The notes under the pieces were generated by a model, which had not been told where the DNA came from, ran no database searches, and was given only the letters and a program-made list of their open reading frames with translations. Of a stretch of DNA of 64,000 bases, positions 20,785-29,815 are shown one piece after another; the first letter of the stretch is position 1; every line of letters begins with the position of its first letter. The stretch is taken from the NCBI GenBank assembly GCA_964632485.1, contig CAZWDO010000005.1, forward strand, positions 146,249-210,248, in the 5' to 3' direction. A program made the translations under genes and the position numbers. This DNA is from an uncultured bacterium (GTDB lineage: Bacteria > JAGOEH01).

Positions 20785-23703
20785 CTATTTGATAATGGCA
20801 AATTTACCGATCGTTTCACCAATGCCCTCGGCTTCAATATGATAGATATAAACCCCGAAGGAAATTTCCTGATCATTGACGGTTCGCAGATTCCAGGCTT
20901 CAATGGGTGTACCGTCAGTATGGTGGATCGTCTGCAGGAGATTTCCCGCAACATTAAAAATTTTAATCGTACATTGGGGCGGCAAATAATGAAACTGGAT
21001 CTGTTTTTCTATTCCGAATTTGCCATGTTCATAAATCGATGTAAAAATATAAGGGTTGGGCACTACCCGGATATCTTTCAGATCGTTCGCTGTAATCGTC
21101 GTTTTATCAAAAGCCTGGGTTGAAAATTGATATTTGTCTTCCAAAGAAATAGTTTTATTCATTTCAACCGTGGCGATTTCACCTGTTTGAGGCATAACCG
21201 AGGATTCATCATAACCCAGATAAAAAACATGAGTAAAGCTTTCATTATCGTCGCTTTCAACTACCATAAAATACTCATAGGCATCATAAGCGCCATTTTC
21301 ATTATCATCCCACAGATAATGACTGCACATCTGTCCCAACGTCTTATTATAAATACGGAAGGGAATGCCGGGGGCGCCGAACACACCGGGTTCCGATGCA
21401 GCGCTAGGATCCCATCGGAATTCATAATCGTGGGGGAAAAACAGGTCATAAATGCCATCGTAGACGATTTCCACATCACTATTGCCGGACCAGGTATACC
21501 CTTTCAATCCAGCTTCTGCGTCGCGGACAATTATTTTAATTCCATCAAATATCGGAGCATTGTCCATTGATTGATCAAAAAACGGCCAGTTCACGACATC
21601 CTGTTGAGCAGCGGTTTTAGCCCAAGCATTGCTGGTCGTATTTCTAACATTAAAAATCGTCTCATTATAGTCATTAAGGGAAAATGTCACTTCATAGGAC
21701 GCGGTTTTTGTGGCCGTTGGATCCAGTATTACTACTTGTTGTTGAACAACGTCCGCATTGCCGGCGGTATGAATTGCTATAGAATCGGCATACCCTTCGG
21801 TTGCACCCGCTGAAAATCCTTTCGGCCGTACGGCCACCAGATTATCACCCGCGATGGAAGCATCGGAAGGAATGGAATTTTCAATAGGGGGAACGACCAG
21901 CGGCGACGGAGATTCCGGGAACAATGTATCGCGGCTGTCATACGCAACCAGCGCATAGAGGTATTCATAGCCATTTTTAACATTGTTGTCAACATAAGAA
22001 TGTCGCAAACCGGTGTTATCACCCAAATCGAAGAAAGGACGCACTACGGACTCGCCGCTGATATCATCATTCAGATCATATTGCGCCAAAGGAATATACC
22101 CTTTATTCACGCCTTTCATATCCACAATGGCAGTACCCCAGGTCACACCATTATCTGAGGATTTGAATAATTTATACCCCTGGAATTTGTTGTTACCCGA
22201 CAGGAAGTCACCCACGTGATCAATAACGGGTTCGCCATTGCCATCGGTTTGTACTGTACCATCGGCATTCTTTTTATAATAGATACCATTTTCAGCGCGA
22301 TCATCCCAATACAACGTGACTTTATCTTCGCTAGCCACCACTTTCAATTCAGGGGTCGGCGGCGCTTCGGCGGATTGATACTGAGCGTTGTAAAGCATCT
22401 GGCAAAGAACCGCATTATTGAATAGGTCGGCTTTGTTGGCGCCGTGGATCGAAGCGATGGCAAAATTGAGGCTTTCGCCCGGTTGCAGATCAAAGGGGCC
22501 TGAAGCAACGGCATACGTCACGTCCGGGCCATAAGAATTGGGAGTCTGGGTCCAATCTTCGGCATGGGGCTGTACATTTTGGGGTGGCATAATCCCCGAG
22601 GACAATTGATCATAGGAGGCAGATTCCGTGGTGGGCGCTGCGGAATACGGAAACACCTGCATACAGGTTAAGCCTTTTTCCGCGCTGGAAACCGGATCAT
22701 TGGGGGTTTCCAGGACTTTTAAACCGACCCAGCCAACGCCGCCGTCATCAAATTCGCCTTCAACATAATCATCGCCATCCCAAAGATAGGAAAAATTCCA
22801 TAACAAGCTGTCATTATTGGGATCGCCCATAGGAATGAACGCGGCAAAATCATCGGTCCACTCTGAAGCGCCTTCTTCGGGACAATCGGGATCGTCATGA
22901 AAACCGATATAGACGTCTTTCCATTCCTTATTGGAAACATTAGTAACCACAAATTTATAGATAATAAAATTGCGATTGAGGAAATCGGACCATTGGAGTC
23001 CCCACATATCCACGCGGCAGCCCATGACAGCTCCCGGCGCGCCATTGTTATTCATGGAATCGATAGCGGCAAAATATACCTCGCGATCGGCGCGGATTTC
23101 GCCGTTATAGATACCCTTGAATCCTTCCGAGCCGACTGGGAACTGGTCATCAACCGTTCCCGACGGCCAGTTGACCGGCCAACTGCTGGAAATATCGGAC
23201 ATAGCGATCCCCAGATTCGCGCGAATATCGTTCAAGCCGGAATGATATCCCTCCAGGGGCAGAAACTCCTGCTCATCCTGGTCGCGCCCGGTTCCATAAC
23301 CAGCTCCTGCGGTGCGTTTTACCCATTCACCGGCATCGTTTTGAATTTTGGCCGCGATCAAGGGGCACATGGTCCAGCGATAAGTATGGTTGCTGTTAAT
23401 CGGATACTCGTAGCATTTTCCCGAAGCCCAACGGCTATAACCCAGTACGGCAGTATTCTGGATAACAACTGAAACATTTCCCGCATCCAGCCGCCCGTAT
23501 CGAATGGCAAAAGCCCCGGCGGTTTTTCCCAGTCTGTTCTGCTCAAACGGGACCAGGGGAGCTAATCCTCGTGAAGGCGCGAAAACCTGATTGTAATAAT
23601 CAAATTTGTTGAGATTATACTTTACCTGATTCTGAGCGCTAAGCGCGATGACCATACTCAAAATCCAAAGCGCGGTCATGATCGTGAATATTTTTTTCTT
23701 CAT
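20785..23703 (-). CDS. Large secreted protein with an FnIII-like module and a T9SS-CTD-like C-terminus
   Basis: Signal peptide after an AGGAG RBS. Contains PPTPELKVVASEDKVTLYWD, FQGYKLFKS and YLYALVAYD, and ends IRVVPNPY...LPPQCTIKIFNVAGNLL...GVYIYHI...GKFAIIK. Confidence 0.8.
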   Translation of the reverse strand: MKKKIFTIMTALWILSMVIALSAQNQVKYNLNKFDYYNQVFAPSRGLAPLVPFEQNRLGKTAGAFAIRYGRLDAGNVSVVIQNTAVLGYSRWASGKCYEYPINSNHTYRWTMCPLIAAKIQNDAGEWVKRTAGAGYGTGRDQDEQEFLPLEGYHSGLNDIRANLGIAMSDISSSWPVNWPSGTVDDQFPVGSEGFKGIYNGEIRADREVYFAAIDSMNNNGAPGAVMGCRVDMWGLQWSDFLNRNFIIYKFVVTNVSNKEWKDVYIGFHDDPDCPEEGASEWTDDFAAFIPMGDPNNDSLLWNFSYLWDGDDYVEGEFDDGGVGWVGLKVLETPNDPVSSAEKGLTCMQVFPYSAAPTTESASYDQLSSGIMPPQNVQPHAEDWTQTPNSYGPDVTYAVASGPFDLQPGESLNFAIASIHGANKADLFNNAVLCQMLYNAQYQSAEAPPTPELKVVASEDKVTLYWDDRAENGIYYKKNADGTVQTDGNGEPVIDHVGDFLSGNNKFQGYKLFKSSDNGVTWGTAIVDMKGVNKGYIPLAQYDLNDDISGESVVRPFFDLGDNTGLRHSYVDNNVKNGYEYLYALVAYDSRDTLFPESPSPLVVPPIENSIPSDASIAGDNLVAVRPKGFSAGATEGYADSIAIHTAGNADVVQQQVVILDPTATKTASYEVTFSLNDYNETIFNVRNTTSNAWAKTAAQQDVVNWPFFDQSMDNAPIFDGIKIIVRDAEAGLKGYTWSGNSDVEIVYDGIYDLFFPHDYEFRWDPSAASEPGVFGAPGIPFRIYNKTLGQMCSHYLWDDNENGAYDAYEYFMVVESDDNESFTHVFYLGYDESSVMPQTGEIATVEMNKTISLEDKYQFSTQAFDKTTITANDLKDIRVVPNPYIFTSIYEHGKFGIEKQIQFHYLPPQCTIKIFNVAGNLLQTIHHTDGTPIEAWNLRTVNDQEISFGVYIYHIEAEGIGETIGKFAIIK

Positions 23704-23732
23704 ACTATATCTCCTGTTTGAATAACCATCAT

Positions 23733-26438
23733 TTAGAACGTGTAAGCCAAACCGACCTTGATATTCCGGCGCGGGCCATACCAATCGGGATTATGCTTTC
23801 CTTCGAGCGAGGCATTGGTGTTACCGGTTTCGTCCGGGAGACCCGTATCGGAATAGACGGAATAGATATTTTGCTTATCCAGCAAATTGGTGGCATACAC
23901 ATAAAAGGTAAGAGTGGTTGCGCCAATGCTGAAATCCTTGGACGCGCGCAAATCAAGACTTCCCGTCCAGGGTTTGCGGTTACTGTAAACTTCGCCGATC
24001 GGTTCACCGCGTACATCGGTTAATGTAAATGGTAAGCCACTGCCATAGGAGAAAAGCAGATTCACATTCCAATCTTTAGCTTTGTAGAAATTGAGGTCCA
24101 AATTGATGGTATGCGGCTGGTCCCAATACATGGTTGTATTGTTTTTAGCCGGTATCAGACCATAGACAGATTCCTGGTAGGCAATCCAAAAGCCGCGGTT
24201 ATAAGTGGCGGCATTGCCTTCAGCGCGGGAGAAGGTATAACTAAGTTTGCCACTGAAAAATTTTCCCCAACGTTGCGTGAGGTTTAATTCAATGCCTTTG
24301 GAATTGCCGTAATCGGCATTGTACATCTGAGTATAGTTATAGGGAGTCGTGGTGATGTGGCGGCTTGAAACGAGATCATAGATATCCTTGTAATATGCTA
24401 CAATGCCCATGGCCAGATCGCGGCTCAGTCCCATTTCAATACCCACTTCATAATTGGCGGTTTTCTGGGGCTTTAAATCGCCGTTACCCGTCTTAGGATC
24501 CCATAAATTGCCGCGTCCGATTTGTGACGTCGGTTCAACATCTCCGTCCTTATAAAGCGTATTATCATAATAACGCTCCCATTCCGGGTATTGATAGAAA
24601 ATACCATAGCTGAACCGCATGACAGCCCGCTCGGTAATCGGAAAGGAAAATGCCAGCCGTGGGGCTAAATATCCTTTGCCTTTACTTTTTTTCCAGGTAA
24701 AAGGGTCCATTTTATCGGGAAAATAAAATCCCTTGCTATCGCGGTATTCATAACGCAACCCGAAATTGATGATCATATCTTCATATTCCAGTTTATCCTG
24801 GACATACGCCGAAAAATCGATCGGTTTATATTCATATTCATAATAAAGCGCATGCAGACTCATATCATCCACATCACCCACTCCATTCAGGAACAGATCA
24901 GAAATCCGTTTTTGATAAATATCATATTGAATGAATTCAATTCCGGTTTTCAGCAGATTAAATTTATTAATTTGGGACGAAATATCAAATTTGATATTCA
25001 TTTTATCGAATTTAAAATCGTACCAATCGTTCAGGGCATGATAGAGCGTATCAATGCCGGCGATATCCCCATTATCGTCATAAGTTGTATCGACTATCCA
25101 GGAATAGAACTCATAATTTGAATTCCATTCGGGGAAATAATCAGGCGAAGAGCTGATAAAATATGGCGATTCCAGAAAATTGACATAATCGGCCGGATTT
25201 TTGAATTTATTGAAATACAAATTTTGTCGTTTCATGCTTCCGACTTTCAGTTCATAAAAGGTAGCATTTGAAAGCATGTGCGTGATATTCGCATAAAAGA
25301 GATCGCTGGTGACTTCATTATGACCGGTATAATCCTTATGAATCGGCTTATAATCATTGCCGTCGGCATTATAGTTTTTATAGTTATTCTGTTGACCGAC
25401 ATAGGCCACTGTCACTTTAAAATTTTTCAGCAAATCAAAATTCAGTTTAAAATTGAATAAATGATTCTTGTCAAAGAGACCAAAATCGTGAGTACGATTT
25501 GTTCGCGTATTCTTACTGATATTGAAGTACGTTTTAGAATCTGAATATTCATAGGATGCCGCAAACTTTAGAAATTTAAGAAAGGGAACGGGTCCGGATA
25601 AATTCATTTTAGGATTGTACTGGTCCCAAACATATTCACTGTTTTCACCCAGTTTATCGGTGTCAAAACTTGCCCGGCCATGGTACTCTTCCGAGCCTTC
25701 TTTTGTCGTAATATTGACAACTCCACTCATGGCCCGGCCATATTCAGCGTTGTACCCGCCGGTGAGCATGGCAAGTGATGAAATCGCGTCGGTGGAAACA
25801 TCCAGTCCGTTTGACCCATCCATATTATTAGTGACATCGATGCCATCGATGAGATAAACGATTTCACCTGATCGACCGCCCCGTAAATGAATACCTGCAT
25901 CATTGACATTATCGGCAGTAACGCTGGTAAAAACCGCGCCGGAATTTGTGGACAGCACATCATCGACAGAGTTAACCGGCATGGAGGAGATTTGCTGAGC
26001 GTCATTAATCGTTTGGGAAGCGGTAACGTCCTTACGAATCAATTCGCGTTCGGCGATCACGGTAATCGCTTCGGCCGTCTGCAACGTAGTTTCAATCATA
26101 TCCATATTGATCGAGCGGGTCAAATCGGGCGAAACTGAAATCTGATCTACATCGGTAGGACTATACCCCATCATGGAAAACCGAACAGAATAGAGCCCCG
26201 CCGGAATATTCAGAATATAGTAATCGCCATTGCCATCGGTAACAGCTCCGATCATTTTTTCAATCGCCACTTTATTTCCATTCATCCAAACGGAAGTCAA
26301 CATCACATTCACGCCCGGCAATGGCTCACCAGTATCCTTATTAATGACCCTGCCCGACAATTTTCCGGTAGTACCGGCATAAGCCGCCACGGCGCAAACC
26401 GCCAGCGATAATACGAATACACTCAATTTTTTGAGCAT
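23733..26438 (-). CDS. TonB-dependent receptor with an N-terminal carboxypeptidase-regulatory-like domain
   Basis: GTTGKLSGRV..TGEPLPGVNV, plug motifs IHLRGGRSGE and GGYNAEYGRAMSGVVNITTKEG, barrel motifs PRLAFSFPI and DLKPQKT, and a terminal YTF. Confidence 0.92.
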   Translation of the reverse strand: MLKKLSVFVLSLAVCAVAAYAGTTGKLSGRVINKDTGEPLPGVNVMLTSVWMNGNKVAIEKMIGAVTDGNGDYYILNIPAGLYSVRFSMMGYSPTDVDQISVSPDLTRSINMDMIETTLQTAEAITVIAERELIRKDVTASQTINDAQQISSMPVNSVDDVLSTNSGAVFTSVTADNVNDAGIHLRGGRSGEIVYLIDGIDVTNNMDGSNGLDVSTDAISSLAMLTGGYNAEYGRAMSGVVNITTKEGSEEYHGRASFDTDKLGENSEYVWDQYNPKMNLSGPVPFLKFLKFAASYEYSDSKTYFNISKNTRTNRTHDFGLFDKNHLFNFKLNFDLLKNFKVTVAYVGQQNNYKNYNADGNDYKPIHKDYTGHNEVTSDLFYANITHMLSNATFYELKVGSMKRQNLYFNKFKNPADYVNFLESPYFISSSPDYFPEWNSNYEFYSWIVDTTYDDNGDIAGIDTLYHALNDWYDFKFDKMNIKFDISSQINKFNLLKTGIEFIQYDIYQKRISDLFLNGVGDVDDMSLHALYYEYEYKPIDFSAYVQDKLEYEDMIINFGLRYEYRDSKGFYFPDKMDPFTWKKSKGKGYLAPRLAFSFPITERAVMRFSYGIFYQYPEWERYYDNTLYKDGDVEPTSQIGRGNLWDPKTGNGDLKPQKTANYEVGIEMGLSRDLAMGIVAYYKDIYDLVSSRHITTTPYNYTQMYNADYGNSKGIELNLTQRWGKFFSGKLSYTFSRAEGNAATYNRGFWIAYQESVYGLIPAKNNTTMYWDQPHTINLDLNFYKAKDWNVNLLFSYGSGLPFTLTDVRGEPIGEVYSNRKPWTGSLDLRASKDFSIGATTLTFYVYATNLLDKQNIYSVYSDTGLPDETGNTNASLEGKHNPDWYGPRRNIKVGLAYTF

Positions 26439-26790
26439 AAAAAACTCCTTTTCTAACGGTTCCTACTTTAACGAGTTACTACAAATCAAACCAAACATAC
26501 TCGTTCCGGTAAAAATAGCATTCATTTTTACCAGGGTTACCACACACTAGCGCCCATCAGACCTCCTTTTTATAATGGGGTTGGTAAAAAACATGTCTCC
26601 AAGTCAGAACAATTATTAACACTTTAAATATAGCATGCAATTTCAATAAACGTTCCGATTAGCAGCCATGCGTCATCTTGTGAAAATAGGCCATGCTTTG
26701 TCCGAACAACATATACTCTCAGCCTGGACAAATCTCGCTTATGAAGCGGAACATCACTGCCTTTTCCAGACAATACGGGCAATCAATCAT

Positions 26791-26825
26791 AAAAAGCTCT
26801 CGTCCGTAGCAATGCGGACGAGAGT
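26791..26825 (-). terminator. Strong hairpin with a U tract on the minus strand
   Basis: Perfect 10-bp stem CTCTCGTCCG/CGGACGAGAG next to AAAAA (26791-26795). Confidence 0.65.
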
Positions 26826-26885
26826 TACAGGATAGGGCGTCTCACGGTTCGCCTGTCTCCCAGCAGACTAAAGCTGCCGTACTAT
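26791..26885 (-). ncRNA. Candidate structured RNA of about 95 nt (sRNA or riboswitch-like)
   Basis: An upstream promoter-like TTGTAC...TATATCTTT, several stems, a possible pseudoknot and a terminator. No family recognised, and the strand is uncertain. Confidence 0.4.
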
Positions 26886-26925
26886 GTAAAGATATACGAT
26901 ACAGGAATTGAAAGTACAAGCGACA

Positions 26926-26960
26926 ACTTGCCAATTACAGTATAGACTTGCCAATTACAG
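26926..26960. repeat. Tandem 15-bp direct repeat ACTTGCCAATTACAG x2 (20-bp period)
   Basis: Exact copies at 26926-26940 and 26946-26960. Confidence 0.9.
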
Positions 26961-27008
26961 CAAGTCCGGACACTCCTGTTCCAAACACTTTTTAAATTAA
27001 AAATTAAC

Positions 27009-27037
27009 TTGACAAACTTTTAAATTTTGATTATAAT
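27009..27037 (+). promoter_or_regulatory. Consensus sigma70 promoter
   Basis: TTGACA-N17-TATAAT. Confidence 0.8.
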
Positions 27038-27284
27038 ATTTTAAAATCACTACAGGTTATAATTTTGAGTGACATTGACCAAGCGTTAGCTATGATCCTT
27101 TCTATAATAATATATACAGTTGCTAACAAGCAGAAAGTGTTAACAAAAGAAAACGCAAAGATGGCAATTCAAATTGAGAGTAGTTTGAACACATTCATAA
27201 TTTTCAATATACCGTCGTATAAGACCATGAAATTATGGAGCTTAACCAAGAGCGCGCTATTAACTATCAATACAAAAGGGTATC

Positions 27285-29588
27285 ATGATAAATAATACAG
27301 TCTCTTTACCCAATGGTAAAAACCTGTTCCTGCCATTGCTCACGCGTTGGTTATTTATCATACTGGGTTTAGGCATATTGTTGATTGGAAGTGTGTTTGT
27401 CGTCCTTTCCGCGTATGAAGCGGAACAGGTTATGCGTCGGACCATGCTTTCTGAAGTCGGAAAAATTGTCCATGCCATTGATCAGGAACGTTTTCTAAGG
27501 CTGACTGCCACATCGTCGGACGAACAGTCGGCGGATTATCAATACCTGCATAATATGCTGAAACGCATGCAGGCAGCCGATCCGACATATCGTTATCTGT
27601 ACTTGATTGGCAAGCGGAAGTCAGGCCCACCGTTTTTCTACATGGGCTCCGCGCCTGTAGGCGCCGAGGACTACGCGCCGCCTGGACTACCGTACCCTGA
27701 AACAGCGCCCGCCCTGGCGCATGTCCTATCAACCGGAGAAGCAACGGTCAGCCAACCGGTTACCGATCGATGGGGAACCTGGATCAGCGCCCTGGCGCCG
27801 CTGCGAGACCATGCCACTGGCCAAATGCTGGCAGTCTTTGGTATGGATATTGATACTCGCGATTGGCAATCTTCCATCCGAGTTCGGACTATTCTGCCCG
27901 GTGCGTTGACGCTGCTGATCATTCTTATGCTGTCATTATTCTACTTTTGGTTCCGTAATCGCCAGCGGGACCGAACTGAGTTCTTGCTATTGGAACAGAA
28001 CCGGATTCTCGCGGTGCAGATAGCTGAACGTCAACGGGCGGAAGCCGATCTGCGCGCCAGTGAATTTAAGTACCGCAGTCTGATCGAAAACACCAACGAC
28101 ATCATCTATTCACTCACCGAGGAAGGCGTCTTTACCTTCGTATCGCCCGCATGGACACGGCTCCTGGGACACCCGACAACGGAAGTTGAAGGCAGCTCCT
28201 TCAACGACTTTATCCACCCTGAAGACCTGCCTCACTGCTACGCTTTTTTACAGAAGGCGCTGGAGAACGGGGAGCGTCAGGAAGGCGTGGAGTACCGGAT
28301 ACGGCGCAAGAACGGCGAGTGGCGCTGGCACACTTCGAGCGCCAATCCGAAAAAAGATGCAGTCGGCGCCGTAACGGGCTTTGACAGTATCGCCCGCGAT
28401 ATTACCGAACGCAAGCGGGCGGAAGAGGAAAAGGAGAAACTCCAGGCCCAGTTGACCCAGGCGCAGAAAATGGAATCGGTGGGGAGACTGGCTGGCGGCA
28501 TAGCCCATGATTTCAACAATATGTTGGGGGTCATTTTAGGTCATACGGAGATAGATCTGAGCCGCATCGGACTGGACGACCCTCTGCGCGCCAGTATGGC
28601 GGATATCCAGATGGCCGCTCAGCGCTCCGCGGATTTAACCCGACAACTGCTGGCTTTTGCCCGCAAACAGACCATCCAGCCCAGAGAGTTAGACCTCAAC
28701 GAAACTGTTGAAGAGATGTTGAAAATGCTGCGGCGACTCATCGGCGAAGATATCAACCTGGTCTGGCTACCGGGCAAAAAATTGTGGCCGGTGCGACTTG
28801 ATCCCAGCCAGATCGATCAGATTCTGGCCAATCTCTGCGTCAACGCCCGGGACGCTATCGATGGCGTAGGCGCGATCACTATTGAGACCGGCAACGTCTT
28901 CTTCGATGAACACGATTGCGTTCAGCGCGCAGGCTTTATCCCCGGCGATTACGCCCTGCTGGCGGTCAGCGATAACGGCCGCGGCATGGATGCCGACACG
29001 CTCTCCCACCTTTTCGAGCCTTTCTTCACTACTAAAGAAATGGGGCGGGGGACCGGACTGGGACTTTCCACCGTGTATGGCGCGGTCAAACAGAACAACG
29101 GCTTCATCAATGTATATAGCGAGCCGGGCCGGGGGACAACCTTCAAGATTTATCTGCCACGCCACACGACCGGAATTGCGCCTGAACCGGAAAATATCAA
29201 GCCTCGGGCGACAGCTCGCGGTAGCGAAACCATTCTGCTGGTGGAAGATGAGCCATTGCTACTGGAGGTGACCGCTACGATGCTGGAGATGTTGGGCTAC
29301 ACTACGCTGTCAGCATCCACTCCCAGCGAGGCCATGCGCCTGGCCCAAAACCATCCCGGCCGCATCGAACTGCTAATGACCGACGTGGTCATGCCCGAAA
29401 TGAACGGCTGGGACCTGGCCAAAAAACTGCTATCCATCCACCCCGATATCCGGCAACTGTTCATGTCCGGCTACACCGCGAACGTTATCGCCCATCAGGG
29501 AGTTGTGGACGAAAGCGCAAATTTTCTACAGAAGCCATTTTCCTTAAAAGACCTGGCAACTAAAATCCGCGAAACGATCGGAGATTGA
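27285..29588 (+). CDS. Membrane hybrid sensor histidine kinase (periplasmic sensor-PAS-HisKA-HATPase-REC)
   Basis: Two TM helices, a PAS/PAC domain (FIHPEDL...IARDITERK), GRLAGGIAHDFNN, DNGRGMD, GTGLGL, and REC motifs LLVEDE and TDVVMP. Confidence 0.93.
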   Translation: MINNTVSLPNGKNLFLPLLTRWLFIILGLGILLIGSVFVVLSAYEAEQVMRRTMLSEVGKIVHAIDQERFLRLTATSSDEQSADYQYLHNMLKRMQAADPTYRYLYLIGKRKSGPPFFYMGSAPVGAEDYAPPGLPYPETAPALAHVLSTGEATVSQPVTDRWGTWISALAPLRDHATGQMLAVFGMDIDTRDWQSSIRVRTILPGALTLLIILMLSLFYFWFRNRQRDRTEFLLLEQNRILAVQIAERQRAEADLRASEFKYRSLIENTNDIIYSLTEEGVFTFVSPAWTRLLGHPTTEVEGSSFNDFIHPEDLPHCYAFLQKALENGERQEGVEYRIRRKNGEWRWHTSSANPKKDAVGAVTGFDSIARDITERKRAEEEKEKLQAQLTQAQKMESVGRLAGGIAHDFNNMLGVILGHTEIDLSRIGLDDPLRASMADIQMAAQRSADLTRQLLAFARKQTIQPRELDLNETVEEMLKMLRRLIGEDINLVWLPGKKLWPVRLDPSQIDQILANLCVNARDAIDGVGAITIETGNVFFDEHDCVQRAGFIPGDYALLAVSDNGRGMDADTLSHLFEPFFTTKEMGRGTGLGLSTVYGAVKQNNGFINVYSEPGRGTTFKIYLPRHTTGIAPEPENIKPRATARGSETILLVEDEPLLLEVTATMLEMLGYTTLSASTPSEAMRLAQNHPGRIELLMTDVVMPEMNGWDLAKKLLSIHPDIRQLFMSGYTANVIAHQGVVDESANFLQKPFSLKDLATKIRETIGD

Positions 29589-29591
29589 CTA

Positions 29592-29762
29592 ATGAAGAGA
29601 GCTAAGCTTCCCTATATTACAGAATATCACCGAGTTATTCTTGACGATACCAACCTCCACTTTGACGAAAAATTCATGGAGGTCAATACAACCCTCGAAA
29701 AGTTATTAATAAAAGGTTCGCAGGCTTGTTTGACTTCGCTCACTGTTCTTTCGACCGTTTAA
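29592..29762 (+). pseudogene. 56-codon ORF, probably a truncated PAS-domain gene
   Basis: MKRAKLPYITEYHRVILDDTNLHFDEKFMEVNTTLEKLL resembles PAS N-termini (YH..I.D...D..F.EVN..FEK). Confidence 0.4.
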
Positions 29763-29766
29763 CCAA

Positions 29767-29783
29767 GTTTGTTAGATTGCTCG
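29767..29783 (+). repeat. Left copy of the 17-bp direct repeat GTTTGTTAGATTGCTCG (contains a GTTRRRY core)
   Basis: Matches 31358-31374 at 16 of 17 positions. Confidence 0.8.
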
Positions 29784-29815
29784 CTTAAAAAAAATTAGCG
29801 TATTGAGGAGAATTT

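Noticed and set aside
26440..26790. Cobalamin or TPP riboswitch upstream of the TBDR
   Set aside because: No B12-box or TPP consensus (CTGAGA, ACCTGA) found on the minus strand.
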